From positions 2,976-66,975 of the IMG/VR virus record IMGVR_UViG_3300033149_002333: a DNA stretch of 64,000 nucleotides; one strand, 5' to 3'. Positions 1 to 10,393 of the stretch are shown piece by piece (the first letter of the stretch is position 1; every line of letters starts with the position of its first letter). The stretch is from a virus. The translations under genes and the position numbers were made by a program. The notes under the pieces were generated by a model. The model had not been told where the DNA came from. It ran no database searches and saw only the letters and a list, made by a program, of their open reading frames with translations.

Positions 1-2
1 TG

Positions 3-227
3 CGCAGGGTTAAGCATCCTTCGGTGGAGCGGATGTACGGAAAGTCCAAGGAAGGAGTGATCCCGAGCCGCAAGAAGTCTAAATTATGGCGTTGGAAAGT
101 GGCAACCTCTAAGGGTTCACGCCTCCCCGACGAGTGGGGCGCAAGCCTCCGCGACATTTACAAAGACATCGACATCGAAAAGGAAATTCTCGAACCTCTA
201 ATGAAAGAATTCAGCGCCGCTAAATGA
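3..227 (+). CDS. Hypothetical protein, probably 5'-truncated by the window edge
   Basis: Frame is open from position 3; stop overlaps next start (ATGA at 224-227). Confidence 0.55.
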   Translation, partial: RRVKHPSVERMYGKSKEGVIPSRKKSKLWRWKVATSKGSRLPDEWGASLRDIYKDIDIEKEILEPLMKEFSAAK

Positions 228-619
228 CCTCAACCCGCGACATATTTCCGATTCAAGTATTCAACTCTCTGATTCTCGCGGCCAACGACTCCGCTATCGG
301 ACCCCTAAAAGCCGACGGAACCGAAGGTTATGTCGATTTGGGGGATTATACCAACGTCGGGGAGTTCGGATGCGGGGTTAGTTTATCAGGCTCGGGGCGG
401 ATAGATGTTGAATACTTGCTCAGCTACAAGCCACCCGAATTCGTCAGCCCAACCGGATCGTTGAAAATCTTCAGCGACTTCAGCTCAACCTCCGGCTCCT
501 CCAGCAACGGCCAGGACATAATCGAATTCACCCCCGAAGTAGCCCGCTTTTTGCAGCTTAAAGTTAGTGAAACTTCGGGCAACGACTGCATTGTTTCACT
601 CTGGTTAGGAATTCTATAA
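224..619 (+). CDS. Putative virion beta-sandwich protein, paralog of 13103..13486
   Basis: Shares MT..RDI, SNG[QK]DI...TP...R and VS.WL with 13103..13486. Confidence 0.7.
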   Translation: MTSTRDIFPIQVFNSLILAANDSAIGPLKADGTEGYVDLGDYTNVGEFGCGVSLSGSGRIDVEYLLSYKPPEFVSPTGSLKIFSDFSSTSGSSSNGQDIIEFTPEVARFLQLKVSETSGNDCIVSLWLGIL

Positions 620-620
620 G

Positions 621-1421
621 ATGGCTTTCAACGAAGGCATAATGCTTCGCGATCCGAACGGACTGCCGTACGGGATTAAGCAAATCCAAAACAAACCCCG
701 CATCAGCGCGACGCCTTACCTCTACGACATCGCCGAGGGCAACCTCTCGAACCACTTCGCAATTCGACGCTACGGCCACAACCCCAACCTAGACACCTCG
801 CTAGAAACCGTCTCCGACATCTCGACCCTCCGAGCTGAGCTAACCTATGCTCAGCAGCTTTGGATTAGAAGCTCTAGCGCCGCTGATGCCGCAGCTGGCA
901 CCGGAGCTACCGCAGTCACTCTCTCGGCCCTCGACGCCAACTACGCCTGCAACGAAGAGTTGATTACGCTTAATGGCACGACAGCCGTCGGAACGGCTTA
1001 CACAACCTACTGGGACGCCCTAACGGTCGAGGTAGCTACTGTCGGTTCCGACGGTACGAACCAGGGCGACATCGGAGTTATAGCAACCGACCCCGCCGAA
1101 ACAACCCTAATTCAAGCCTCCGCGCTGCTTGGCCTAAGTCACTCATCCTGCTTCTGGGTTCCGGCTGGATATACATTCTACATAACCGACCTAACCGTCT
1201 CCGAAGCCACAAACAAAGGAGTGGAATTTTACTTCTACTACAAGGAACCAACCGGTGGTTGGAAATCCCAACTAACCTACCTAACCTTAGGAAGCTCGGT
1301 GGTTCATACTCTGTCCATTCCCCTAGTTTATACCGAAAAAACCAAACTTCAATGGCGTGCCCGCGCTATCCAGGCCGGAGCAGATGTAGCAGCGGGCTAC
1401 GCGGGGTGGTACGAATCATGA
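621..1421 (+). CDS. Putative virion structural protein
   Basis: 266-aa Ala/Thr/Gly-rich ORF coupled to terL (ATGA at 1418-1421). Confidence 0.65.
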   Translation: MAFNEGIMLRDPNGLPYGIKQIQNKPRISATPYLYDIAEGNLSNHFAIRRYGHNPNLDTSLETVSDISTLRAELTYAQQLWIRSSSAADAAAGTGATAVTLSALDANYACNEELITLNGTTAVGTAYTTYWDALTVEVATVGSDGTNQGDIGVIATDPAETTLIQASALLGLSHSSCFWVPAGYTFYITDLTVSEATNKGVEFYFYYKEPTGGWKSQLTYLTLGSSVVHTLSIPLVYTEKTKLQWRARAIQAGADVAAGYAGWYES

Positions 1422-3196
1422 CAGGTCGGCCCCCGATCATAAACCTCGTCCGAGCGCAGGAGGACTTCCCCTACTATGCCTCCAAGTTGCTACGTATCAA
1501 GGACAAAGACTCGCAGCTTCGGCCCCTCGACCTCTGGGAACCCCAAATCCGCCTGCATCGAACGCTCGAAGACCTACGCTTGAAAGGTAAGTTGCAACGA
1601 GTTATCGTTCTGAAAGCTCGCCAAGAGGGCATTTCAACCTACAGCGAAGCGCGCATCTTCTGGAACGCCCACATGCGTGAAAACACCAAAAACGTCGTCA
1701 TAGCCCACGAAAAAGAATCAGGCCGGGCTATCTTCGGAATGTGTAAGCTATTCCTCGACTGCATCCCTCCGAAGCTCAAGCCTATGACTAAATACTCCTC
1801 CCGCCAAGAAATCGTCTTTGCCAACCCCGACGCCAAAACTAGCTTTCGCAACCCCGGCCTGAGATCCAGTTTAGAGGTGCTTACTGCTGGTAAGAAATCC
1901 GTCGCACGCGGAACCACCATACATCATCTTCATGCCAGCGAGCTCGCTTCGTGGACCTTCCCCGAAGACGTCATACCAGCTCTACTGCCGACCATCCCCA
2001 AAACCGACGATTCGCTCGTTGTCTACGAATCCACCGCCAAAGGGATGAATAACTTCTTCCACGAAGAATGGCGCGCGGCTGAAGAAGGGGAGTCGAACTT
2101 TCATCCATTTTTCTTAGCTTGGTTCGACCTGCCTCAATACCGACGACCCTTCAGGAGCGAAGAAGACGCCAAAGCCTTCGCCGAGACTCTCAACGACGAA
2201 GAAAAGGAACTTCAGGGTCGCTTCGGGGTCGACCTAGAGCAACTCCACTGGCGCAGATTAACCCTAGCCGATTTCAAGGGCGACCTACGGAGCTTCCGCC
2301 AGGAATACCCCGCGACCCCGACCGAAGCCTTTACCGTTTCGGGGGTTTGTATTTTCGACCACAACAAACTCGAAATGATGTCGCTGAAGTGCAGCGAGCC
2401 CGAATTTCGCGGGGATATTAAGATTCTCGGTGGTGACGTCGCGAGAGCCAAGCTAATTGGCGACTCCCGAGGCGATTTGCGAATTTGGCGGCGCCCGGAG
2501 CCCGATCAAATTTACGTTCTCGGAGTTGACGTAGCCGACGGCGGCCCCCAGGGAGATTACAGCTGCATAGAAGTCCTTCGAAAACTTTCCGCGCCCCTGA
2601 TGGCCGAGCAAGTCGCAGAATGGCACGGTCACATAGATCCTTATAATTTCGCACACGTAATCGAATACCTCGCCCGGCTTTATAACGAAGCTTTAGTCGC
2701 GGTCGAAATCAACGCCCACGGCTTAGCCACCCAGCAGGAGCTTCAGCGCACCTACTGGAATCTCTATCAACAAGAACATTACGACCGCTTCAAGAACCAA
2801 TTCGCTAACAAAATCGGCTGGGAGACCACTATCCGCACCAAAAAGCTCCTAGTCTCAGTCGGCAGCCACACCATCAGCGACATGACCGTGCTCCTCCACG
2901 GACGCGATTTAATAAGCGAATGTATGACTTTCGTCCGGGACGATACCGGCTCCGCTTCCGCCTCCGGAGGCGCGCACGACGACCGCGTAATGGCTTTCCT
3001 GATAGCTCTATTCACGATGCACCAGGCTATCAACAAAGAACCCCCGGAGTCGGACCTGTTCCAAACAATCAAATCCCGGGCCGACGATTCGCTCCAACGC
3101 ATGATTGACGACTTCTCCATCATAGACCCCGAATTTCCGCGCCTTTTGGCCGGGTCGGTTATCGACGAATACGATGAAAGTTGGCTAAACTACTAA
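1418..3196 (+). CDS. terL: Terminase large subunit
   Basis: Walker A KARQEGIST, Walker B HLHASE, ESTAKG motif, nuclease VLGVDVADG..GDYS and HDDRVMA. Start moved to coupled ATG 1418. Confidence 0.95.
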   Translation: MTGRPPIINLVRAQEDFPYYASKLLRIKDKDSQLRPLDLWEPQIRLHRTLEDLRLKGKLQRVIVLKARQEGISTYSEARIFWNAHMRENTKNVVIAHEKESGRAIFGMCKLFLDCIPPKLKPMTKYSSRQEIVFANPDAKTSFRNPGLRSSLEVLTAGKKSVARGTTIHHLHASELASWTFPEDVIPALLPTIPKTDDSLVVYESTAKGMNNFFHEEWRAAEEGESNFHPFFLAWFDLPQYRRPFRSEEDAKAFAETLNDEEKELQGRFGVDLEQLHWRRLTLADFKGDLRSFRQEYPATPTEAFTVSGVCIFDHNKLEMMSLKCSEPEFRGDIKILGGDVARAKLIGDSRGDLRIWRRPEPDQIYVLGVDVADGGPQGDYSCIEVLRKLSAPLMAEQVAEWHGHIDPYNFAHVIEYLARLYNEALVAVEINAHGLATQQELQRTYWNLYQQEHYDRFKNQFANKIGWETTIRTKKLLVSVGSHTISDMTVLLHGRDLISECMTFVRDDTGSASASGGAHDDRVMAFLIALFTMHQAINKEPPESDLFQTIKSRADDSLQRMIDDFSIIDPEFPRLLAGSVIDEYDESWLNY

Positions 3197-3210
3197 GGAG
3201 GTGCAAGCCG

Positions 3211-3372
3211 ATGGCACACCAAGACGAAAATCTACCGAGTTTTATCGAAGAGCAAGTACGCAAGCTAATCCACGACCTTCGACGCGGCATGCGAATCAAT
3301 TACATCAACGGCGAAGGTGCCGTAGTCCAAAGCATCCTTCAGCAGATCGAACTGGAGGATTTAGATGGTTAA
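3211..3372 (+). CDS. Small hypothetical protein
   Basis: AAGGAGGT RBS before ATG 3211; overlaps next start. Confidence 0.6.
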   Translation: MAHQDENLPSFIEEQVRKLIHDLRRGMRINYINGEGAVVQSILQQIELEDLDG

Positions 3373-3829
3373 GAACAAAACAAACGATGAACTCAATGCT
3401 GCGGCAGCTAAGCTGGTCGAACTGCTGCCCTCCGAGGCCCAAACGCTGATCGAAATCATCCAATCGGATCGCCACGTCGAACTTTGGCAAATCTGCGCCG
3501 GAGTTCTGCTGGAGGCTTACCAAAACTACAACCTAACGGCTTTCCAGTTCGACCCCGATTGGAGCGACGCCGTTTTAACCAAAACCTTCTCCAAATGTAT
3601 GCTCAAATCCTGCGGCAAGCGCTTCAAGCCTACGCACCTCGGGCAGCGCTTCTGCTCAAACAAATGCGGAGACATAGCTAATGGAGTTTATCACGAACCT
3701 GAGCCACCTCCTCCTACTTACGATTCTCGTAATGTTGCTCCTAACAAATACGCTTCTCGTAATACTTCTAGTGGGTGGGGCAGTGGTTCTATGGACGAAA
3801 CTAAGGCCAGTCAAGCAGCGGAGGGTTGA
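3365..3829 (+). CDS. Hypothetical protein with Zn-finger-like motif
   Basis: GGAGG RBS; CMLKSCGKRF...FCSNKC. Confidence 0.7.
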   Translation: MVKNKTNDELNAAAAKLVELLPSEAQTLIEIIQSDRHVELWQICAGVLLEAYQNYNLTAFQFDPDWSDAVLTKTFSKCMLKSCGKRFKPTHLGQRFCSNKCGDIANGVYHEPEPPPPTYDSRNVAPNKYASRNTSSGWGSGSMDETKASQAAEG

Positions 3830-4010
3830 GGAACTTGAGGAGTTTGAGCGGGTTTCGAAATCCGACCTCGGACAGCAAATCCCTGCGCCCGACCGAGGCA
3901 GTGCTTTTGGCTACTCCAAAGAAGAACTCCAATGGGCCTACGAACAGGGAGCCAAAACATACGAGGACGCAGTTCGCCTAATTAACCAATCCATCGAGGC
4001 TGAGGAATGA
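3681..4010 (+). CDS. Membrane-anchored hypothetical protein (start uncertain, possibly 3732)
   Basis: Hydrophobic LLVILLVGGAVVLW followed by KLRPVKQRR; ATGA coupling to 4007. Confidence 0.55.
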   Translation: MEFITNLSHLLLLTILVMLLLTNTLLVILLVGGAVVLWTKLRPVKQRRVEELEEFERVSKSDLGQQIPAPDRGSAFGYSKEELQWAYEQGAKTYEDAVRLINQSIEAEE

Positions 4011-5221
4011 CGGTATTTACGCTCGTCAAAGACCTAATAGGCAAGGAAGACATCAACTGGGGTGACTCAAGCCAAACCTTCGCGCGGCCTACCCACACCG
4101 GTGGATCGACTGACATAACCTACATCGACGCGGAGGTGATTCCCAGTACGACTCTGGGTGGTTACATAGGCGATCATCTGCATAGGCAGAATACCGACAC
4201 AGGCACCGACAGCGTAACGTTTAGGATTTACACCGGAGGCAACGGTGTTACGCTGGATGCTTCAGGATTGACTGCGCCGCGAAAGTTCACCTTCCCCGAT
4301 ACAGGCAATCAGGAGTTGGTCGGTGCTACGGATCTGGCTTCGACAGAAGAGGGTTATGGAGCTTCTAAGGTCGGCGTTGAGGATGCAGGGAATTATTATG
4401 ATAATTCGACCGTTGAAGCGGTCTTGCAAGAAGCCGGGGCTTCGATTGCAGCCAATACGCTCGCTGCCAACAAATCGGGCTTCCGACGAGGATTTAAGTT
4501 GGTTTGGAGCTCAGCTACACGCATTGCCATCATGTCCGGCATTTGGCATCATCAAGGGTCGACCAACCAACTAGTCTACACTGATTCTACAATAAACTTC
4601 GACGTTGGCCCCGCAGGCTCCAACCCCAGTTCCTCCACTGGGAGTTCCGAGCTCCAATATCTCTACATAGACGACTCCGCAGTCAACGCCGCCGGAACCC
4701 AGGAACTTACTGCGTCCGAATTCATCAATTCCTCTAACGTTCCCGGCTGGGACGCTACACGCAAAGGTTGGTATTACGGCCTCGACCGTTGCATCGGGGC
4801 CTTCTACCTCGATTCCACCACCGCGATAAAAAAGTTTGCTACCTACGAAGCCGACGATCATTATCAATACCTCGAAATTCACTCCGCCCTTTGCACCTCC
4901 GCGCCCGTCATCGGCGCAATGAACACCGGCGCCTCGGTCGACTTCAGCGCTACCGCCCCGGTCTTCGCAGACAAGGTCGAACTAGCCATCTACACCCCAG
5001 GAACCACCCAGCCCACCAGCTGGCATTTTAACTTCGATGGCACCAATACGGCCGACCAAATGTACATCCAAAACATCTCCTGCCCAGCTGGCTCAGAGAA
5101 TACGGGCGTAACCACCTCCGGAACTCTCGGGGTTGACTCCGACCGCCGCTCCTACTTCATGGGCACTTGGCAAGCCGAAACAACCTTTTGGCACACTGGC
5201 TACTTCTACGGGAGGCTATAA
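4007..5221 (+). CDS. Putative virion fibre/appendage protein
   Basis: 404 aa, Thr/Gly/Ser-rich, fibre-like RKFTFPD and VEAVLQE segments; lies between terL and portal. Confidence 0.6.
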   Translation: MTVFTLVKDLIGKEDINWGDSSQTFARPTHTGGSTDITYIDAEVIPSTTLGGYIGDHLHRQNTDTGTDSVTFRIYTGGNGVTLDASGLTAPRKFTFPDTGNQELVGATDLASTEEGYGASKVGVEDAGNYYDNSTVEAVLQEAGASIAANTLAANKSGFRRGFKLVWSSATRIAIMSGIWHHQGSTNQLVYTDSTINFDVGPAGSNPSSSTGSSELQYLYIDDSAVNAAGTQELTASEFINSSNVPGWDATRKGWYYGLDRCIGAFYLDSTTAIKKFATYEADDHYQYLEIHSALCTSAPVIGAMNTGASVDFSATAPVFADKVELAIYTPGTTQPTSWHFNFDGTNTADQMYIQNISCPAGSENTGVTTSGTLGVDSDRRSYFMGTWQAETTFWHTGYFYGRL

Positions 5222-6982
5222 TTGGCCGAAGAACAAGACAAACACCCGCCCATCGACGCGCAAAAGCTGATCGATGACAAAGTCCGCGAAATAGCCTACC
5301 TGCGGAAGTTGGAGGAAATCTACAACGAAGGCTTGGCTCATAGGCGAGTTATAGCTGCCGATTGGGACGGTTATATTCAATTCCTTCGCGGCAAGCAGTG
5401 GCCTAAACGCAGACCCTCGCATAAAGTCTCCGCGACGATCAACTTGCTAATCGAGAATATCGAGCGCAAGTCGGCTTTGCTAACCGACGCGAAGCCTATT
5501 CCTAAAGTCATTCCGCGCTCTGATCGCTTCCAAGATACCGCCGATGTGCTCAACATTTTGATAAATCGCATTTTCCAAACCAGCGACTTCGGCCAGGCGC
5601 AGGTCGAAATGCTCGAATACGCTCAGCTGTTCGGCACCGGGTTTATAGGGACTGTATTCGACGAATCCGCGGCGAATGGCCTTGGCGACATAACCACCCC
5701 AGCTTTCGACCCGCGCGCGGTTTTGATAGACCCCTTCGTACGCAAAAGCTATCTCCTGCATCAGGGCGAGTTCGTCATTCTCGAAGACATCTGGGCCTTA
5801 GACAAAGCCCGCGATTTATATCCCAAGCGGGCCGACAGATTCAAAGCCGACGAGGTTCTAAGCCGCTACTCAAACTCCAGAACCGACGCACAACACACCT
5901 GGTGGGCACGCATTTTCCACTCGCCCGACCAGGACGTCCGCGAAAGCTACATCCCCCGCGTTTCCGTGCGCGAATATTGGCTGCGCGACTACTCGGGTGA
6001 GTTTCGCAACAACATGCGCAAAACCGTTCTAGTTGGAGACGTCATAGCCGATGATGGCGAGAATCCCTACAACGACGGCGGCTTCCCCATCGAGATGCTG
6101 AGTTGGCATACCGACTTCAACACCGCCTGGGGCTGGGGTGATGTCGAACTGCTTAGATCGCCCCAGGAAGTTTACAATAAAATCCTCGCCTCGATAGTCG
6201 AAAACATCATCCTAATGCAAAACGCCATTTGGATTGGCGACGCCGACGCACTAACCAAAGAAGAATGGCGCAAGCTAACCAACGCCCCGGGCAGCTACGT
6301 TCGCAAACGCCCCGGCCGAGAGCTAAGGCGCGAACCCGGAGTTCCGCTGCCTTCAGACGTTTACAACACCCTGGGCATAGTCGAGGGCACGGGCATCGAA
6401 AAAACCACCGGCATGGTCGACGTAATGCGCGGGGTTAGAACCGGACAAGTAAGCAGCGGAGTCGGGATCGAATCTCTGCAACTCATGGCGCAGGCTTTAA
6501 TTCGACTTCGCGCCCGAGCCATAGAAGCTCTGCACGTGCGCTTGGGCAAAAAACTCGTTTCTAGGATTTTTCAGTTCTACGAGCCTGAAAAAATAGCCGA
6601 AGTTCTGCTAGCTAAGGGCGAAGAAAGCGAAACACTCCAAGCTCTAAACACGGATTTGCTAAAACCTATCAGCCGCCGAGATCGCAACGTATGGAAAGAC
6701 TTCGCCTTCGAGGTAGAACCTGGCAGCGGCCTCGCACTGGCCGAAACCCAAAAACGCATCGAATCTTTCCGCCTGCGGGAAATCGGAGTAATCGACGACC
6801 GCGCCTTGCTGGAAGATTTGAAATATCCGCATCGCGAGAAGGTCCTCAAACGCGTCGAAGCCATGCGCCAAAACGCGGCTAACGAGGAAATCCCACCCGG
6901 CCAGGACGGGGGTTCTCCGCAAGGCAGCCGAGCAACTCAATTCCCCAACCAAGCTGGGGCAAGTCCGAAGGGTAGATTCTGA
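5222..6982 (+). CDS. Portal protein (P22-like)
   Basis: 586 aa; FLRGKQW, TINLL, GTGFI and SSGVGIESLQ segments; position after terL; GGAGG plus TTG start. Confidence 0.88.
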   Translation: MAEEQDKHPPIDAQKLIDDKVREIAYLRKLEEIYNEGLAHRRVIAADWDGYIQFLRGKQWPKRRPSHKVSATINLLIENIERKSALLTDAKPIPKVIPRSDRFQDTADVLNILINRIFQTSDFGQAQVEMLEYAQLFGTGFIGTVFDESAANGLGDITTPAFDPRAVLIDPFVRKSYLLHQGEFVILEDIWALDKARDLYPKRADRFKADEVLSRYSNSRTDAQHTWWARIFHSPDQDVRESYIPRVSVREYWLRDYSGEFRNNMRKTVLVGDVIADDGENPYNDGGFPIEMLSWHTDFNTAWGWGDVELLRSPQEVYNKILASIVENIILMQNAIWIGDADALTKEEWRKLTNAPGSYVRKRPGRELRREPGVPLPSDVYNTLGIVEGTGIEKTTGMVDVMRGVRTGQVSSGVGIESLQLMAQALIRLRARAIEALHVRLGKKLVSRIFQFYEPEKIAEVLLAKGEESETLQALNTDLLKPISRRDRNVWKDFAFEVEPGSGLALAETQKRIESFRLREIGVIDDRALLEDLKYPHREKVLKRVEAMRQNAANEEIPPGQDGGSPQGSRATQFPNQAGASPKGRF

Positions 6983-7377
6983 TGCCGAGACCTCGACCGA
7001 CTATAAAATTCGAACATCCGGAGGCGGTGCTTAACTCGGATATTCTGGATCTTATTCTCTCGACGCCTTACCTCGAGGAACTTCCGCCTCGGGTTATCAT
7101 AGCCAACGTGCTGCTAGGCAACTACGAACTCGCCACCCTTAGGCGCGGTGTTCGCTTGGAAGGAATTTGCATCTTCGCTCTGCGCGGGGCCGTATGCGAC
7201 TTGATTCTGGTCACATGCCCTAACGCACTCAAAACATACCTAGGACTGTTTGAATCATCCTTAGCCTCGCGTGGAGCGAAGATGTTTAGATTTTTAACCC
7301 AACACAACCCCGAAGCCTTCGAGCGGTTGGCTGGGTACAAAACCCACTACCATTGCTTAACCAAGGAGATTTCCTAA
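6982..7377 (+). CDS. Hypothetical protein, possible GNAT-like fold
   Basis: C-terminal GAKMFRFLT...AFERLAGYK resembles small GNAT-like proteins of podovirus structural regions. Confidence 0.5.
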   Translation: MPRPRPTIKFEHPEAVLNSDILDLILSTPYLEELPPRVIIANVLLGNYELATLRRGVRLEGICIFALRGAVCDLILVTCPNALKTYLGLFESSLASRGAKMFRFLTQHNPEAFERLAGYKTHYHCLTKEIS

Positions 7378-7988
7378 TGAGTGGTGATCCTGGAGTAGGT
7401 CCTGGCGGTGAACCTCTAGGCGGCGGTTGGGACGCTGTAGCCGAAGGCGCTGCTGTAGCTGCCGGGGGTCCGGGGGCTGTAGGCGAAGTTCCTAGCGCGA
7501 TTCCGGGCGTTGTTACTGGAGCACTCAGTATGCTAACGGGACTTCCTATCGGCGCACTAGCAGCCTTTGGGGCCGTTTTGCCGGATACTATATCAGACGC
7601 CGAAGCAGAAGCAGCTTTCGGCGGCGGCGGACCAGCAGCCGTCGGCGGGCCGGACTTCGAGCCTTACCTCGCACCGCCTTACGAACCTCCGGAGGAAGAG
7701 GAGTTCGAGTATCCCCAAGTGCTAACCGAAGGCGTTCCGGGCCAACAGGAGCTAATTTCAGCTGCCGACCTACAACGCATCTACGGCCTCCAAGAGGAAA
7801 TCCGGCAGCGCTTCGCCCCCGAACTCCAACAAGACCGAGAAGCACGCCTGGCCTTGCTTAGCCAACGCGACATCTCCCGTGGCCTGGGCGGACCATACCG
7901 CATCTCAAGGCGTCAACCCCGAACCGCCATGCAGCGAAGGCGCGGAGTTCCACCGACCTTCGGGATTCCGTTCCATCGCACTGCATAG
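7377..7988 (+). CDS. Gly/Ala/Pro-rich protein, possible internal virion protein
   Basis: AAGGAG plus TAATG coupling; Gly-rich hydrophobic N-half. Confidence 0.6.
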   Translation: MSGDPGVGPGGEPLGGGWDAVAEGAAVAAGGPGAVGEVPSAIPGVVTGALSMLTGLPIGALAAFGAVLPDTISDAEAEAAFGGGGPAAVGGPDFEPYLAPPYEPPEEEEFEYPQVLTEGVPGQQELISAADLQRIYGLQEEIRQRFAPELQQDREARLALLSQRDISRGLGGPYRISRRQPRTAMQRRRGVPPTFGIPFHRTA

Positions 7989-7989
7989 C

Positions 7990-8002
7990 TTCATTAAATG
8001 AA
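7990..8002. promoter_or_regulatory. Palindrome TTCATTWAATGAA, copy 1 of 5
   Basis: Intergenic, abutting the RBS of 8017. Confidence 0.6.
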
Positions 8003-8016
8003 CCAAGGAGTGCACA

Positions 8017-8421
8017 ATGCCTGAAGACATCGGATACGGAGACATGCTCGAAGGATTGAGCGACCAACCAGCGCAGCCAGAGCTCGTTGGCGAAATGGGA
8101 CCTACTCAAAGCCCCGGAGGCCCCGGAATCGACACCCCCGAGGAACAACGCGCTGTCCAAATGCTCATGCAAGGCGCCAAACTCTTTCGCCAAGCTGCCA
8201 TGACCGACCGCAGCCTCGAACCCATCGTTAGCAAAATGCTCTCAGACGCCTTTTTGACAATAACCGACCACTACGGCATGGGCGAAGAAGGCAAGCTGGC
8301 TCTCAAAAAAGCCCAAATGCAAGCCAACATGGCCAAACAAGAACGCCTTCGCGGTGGGGCTGCACCACCCACAACCCCGGCTCCTCCGCTAGGCAAAGAG
8401 CACTACACCATAAACTACTAA
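8017..8421 (+). CDS. Hypothetical protein (head module)
   Basis: AAGGAG RBS; 134 aa. Confidence 0.7.
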   Translation: MPEDIGYGDMLEGLSDQPAQPELVGEMGPTQSPGGPGIDTPEEQRAVQMLMQGAKLFRQAAMTDRSLEPIVSKMLSDAFLTITDHYGMGEEGKLALKKAQMQANMAKQERLRGGAAPPTTPAPPLGKEHYTINY

Positions 8422-8433
8422 CCATGAACCCAA

Positions 8434-8625
8434 ATGCGCATCTACGTATCACGCACCCTTACCTCTGCCGGAGTCCCTGAAGTGTGGCTCGCACGCAACT
8501 TCCGCCCCGGAGACACCATTCAATACATCCGCGGCGATATATACATAAATGGCAATTCTTTACAAACCCTACTAACCAAGCACAGACTCCGCAAGGAGCA
8601 ACTGGAGGACAAACAAAATGACTGA
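8434..8625 (+). CDS. Small hypothetical protein
   Basis: Fills the gap and overlaps the scaffold start. Confidence 0.55.
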   Translation: MRIYVSRTLTSAGVPEVWLARNFRPGDTIQYIRGDIYINGNSLQTLLTKHRLRKEQLEDKQND

Positions 8626-9409
8626 CGAACCCAAAAACTCGACTCAACAACCAGACGAACCAGATTCTTTCACCAAATCCATTAACCCTGAAGAACTCCC
8701 TGACGAACTTCAGGAAATCTACAAATCTATGCAGGCCGACTACACGCGCAAAACTCAGCAGCTCGCCGAGATGCGCAAGGAGTTCACGGAGAAAGAATCG
8801 ACCTGGCAGGAGAAACTCAAACAGGCCGGAGCGGCTGAACACGAACTCAAGCAATGGCGCGATTGGTACGCCAGCTTGGAGGCCGAAGTTGAGAAGGAAC
8901 TATCCAACCCCGGGGTTCCTGCCAACCCAGCCCAACCATCCGACCAATCACAGCCAGGTCAACAAACCGTTGACCCCAACGCATTAAAATCCGTCCTCGA
9001 CCAAGAGCTCTCAACCTTAAGGCAAACCATCAAGGATCTTCAAGGCCAGCTAGCTTCCCAAGAGGACAAAACCAAGCGCATGTTTAGCTATCATGCTCAA
9101 CTAGCTAACCTCCGCGCAGAGCGGGGTTTGAACGACGAAGACCAGCGTAAGGTGCTCGACTACGCCCTCGAAAACGGCCTAACAGACCTCAACCGCGCTT
9201 ACAAGGACCTCTATGCCGACCAGCTCTTCGAGGAAGAAGTGCAGCGTCGCGTAGAAGAAGCCTTGAAGAAAGAGCGCACTCGAGGCCCATCCGCCGCCGG
9301 ATCGGGGCATCCTTACACCTACAAAACCCCCGCAAAACTCCCCAAAACGTTCGAAGAGGCGACCGAGCAGATTATCTCCGACCTTCGAGCTGAGGGAAAG
9401 TTGAGCTAA
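8618..9409 (+). CDS. Capsid scaffolding protein
   Basis: Acidic coiled coil with MQADYTRKTQQLAE; immediately upstream of MCP. Confidence 0.85.
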   Translation: MTDEPKNSTQQPDEPDSFTKSINPEELPDELQEIYKSMQADYTRKTQQLAEMRKEFTEKESTWQEKLKQAGAAEHELKQWRDWYASLEAEVEKELSNPGVPANPAQPSDQSQPGQQTVDPNALKSVLDQELSTLRQTIKDLQGQLASQEDKTKRMFSYHAQLANLRAERGLNDEDQRKVLDYALENGLTDLNRAYKDLYADQLFEEEVQRRVEEALKKERTRGPSAAGSGHPYTYKTPAKLPKTFEEATEQIISDLRAEGKLS

Positions 9410-9434
9410 ATCACCCTTAGGAGGTTTACTCGAC

Positions 9435-10355
9435 ATGGCACTGACCTACGACGAGATTGATGCTCATGTTCGATCCAAATACATCCCCGTTCTCGTCGAT
9501 CAGTATTTCAAATCCAACCCCCTCTGGACTCAGCTCCAGGCGAAGAGCAAAGTAATCTACGACTCCGGCTCCACCATCAAACAGCCGGTGCTCTTCGGGG
9601 AGCTGAACTCTGGATGGTATTCTGGACTTGATACGTTCGACATTACAACCAAACAAACCGACACCTTGGCTGAGTTCAACTGGGCTCAGTTCTACGTCAA
9701 CATCACCCTCGACGGCGAGACCGAACTCAAAGTCGAAGGTGATGAGAAAATCCTCTCAATCATGGCAACCAAAATGGACAATGCGTCCAAAACCTTCAAC
9801 AAGCAGATGAACCAGGCCTTATATGCCGACCAAGGCGCCAAAGCCATCCGCCCGCTGACCGAGGCCGTCGCGACCTCAGGAACCTACGGTGGCATCAGCA
9901 AGAGCAGCTATAGCTGGTGGCAAGGCAACGTCAACTCCACTGGCGGCGCCCTAACGCTCTCGATGCTACAGAGCATGTATGGTGACTGCTCCGACGGGGC
10001 GATTCAGCCGGATTTGATCGTAACAACGCAAGACATCTACGACAAAATCTGGCAGCGCGTCCAGCCCCAAGATCGAGGCAATAACGAAAACACCCCCGCG
10101 CTTGGGAACGTCGGCTTCTCGGGAATTCGCTTCAACAAAGCTACCATTGTGGTAGATAACTATTGCAACGACGGCTATATCTATTTCCTCAACACCGACT
10201 TCTGGAAGTTGGTCATCCACAAAAAGCGCCCGCCTCTGTGGACTCCGCCGAAGGTTCCGCTGAACCAAGACGCCTTTGTCCGGCAGCTCCTCTGGGCCGG
10301 TTGCTTGCTTTGCCAAGCCCCGCGCTGGCAGGGTTACATCTCGAACGTAAGCTAA
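9435..10355 (+). CDS. Major capsid protein (HK97 fold)
   Basis: 306 aa after scaffold, AGGAGGT RBS, PDLIVTT..GFSGIRF..YIYFLNT pattern. Confidence 0.88.
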   Translation: MALTYDEIDAHVRSKYIPVLVDQYFKSNPLWTQLQAKSKVIYDSGSTIKQPVLFGELNSGWYSGLDTFDITTKQTDTLAEFNWAQFYVNITLDGETELKVEGDEKILSIMATKMDNASKTFNKQMNQALYADQGAKAIRPLTEAVATSGTYGGISKSSYSWWQGNVNSTGGALTLSMLQSMYGDCSDGAIQPDLIVTTQDIYDKIWQRVQPQDRGNNENTPALGNVGFSGIRFNKATIVVDNYCNDGYIYFLNTDFWKLVIHKKRPPLWTPPKVPLNQDAFVRQLLWAGCLLCQAPRWQGYISNVS

Positions 10356-10360
10356 CCCAA

Positions 10361-10393
10361 CCTCCGGGGAGCAAGCCAATGCTCCCCTTGAGG
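10361..10393 (+). terminator. Stem-loop after MCP (no U-tract; attenuator or stability hairpin)
   Basis: GGGGAGCA-AGCCAA-TGCTCCCC flanked by CCTC/GAGG. Confidence 0.45.

Noticed and set aside
1259-1417. N-terminal extension of terL in the ORF track
   Set aside because: It overlaps 621..1421; the coupled ATG at 1418 is the better start.
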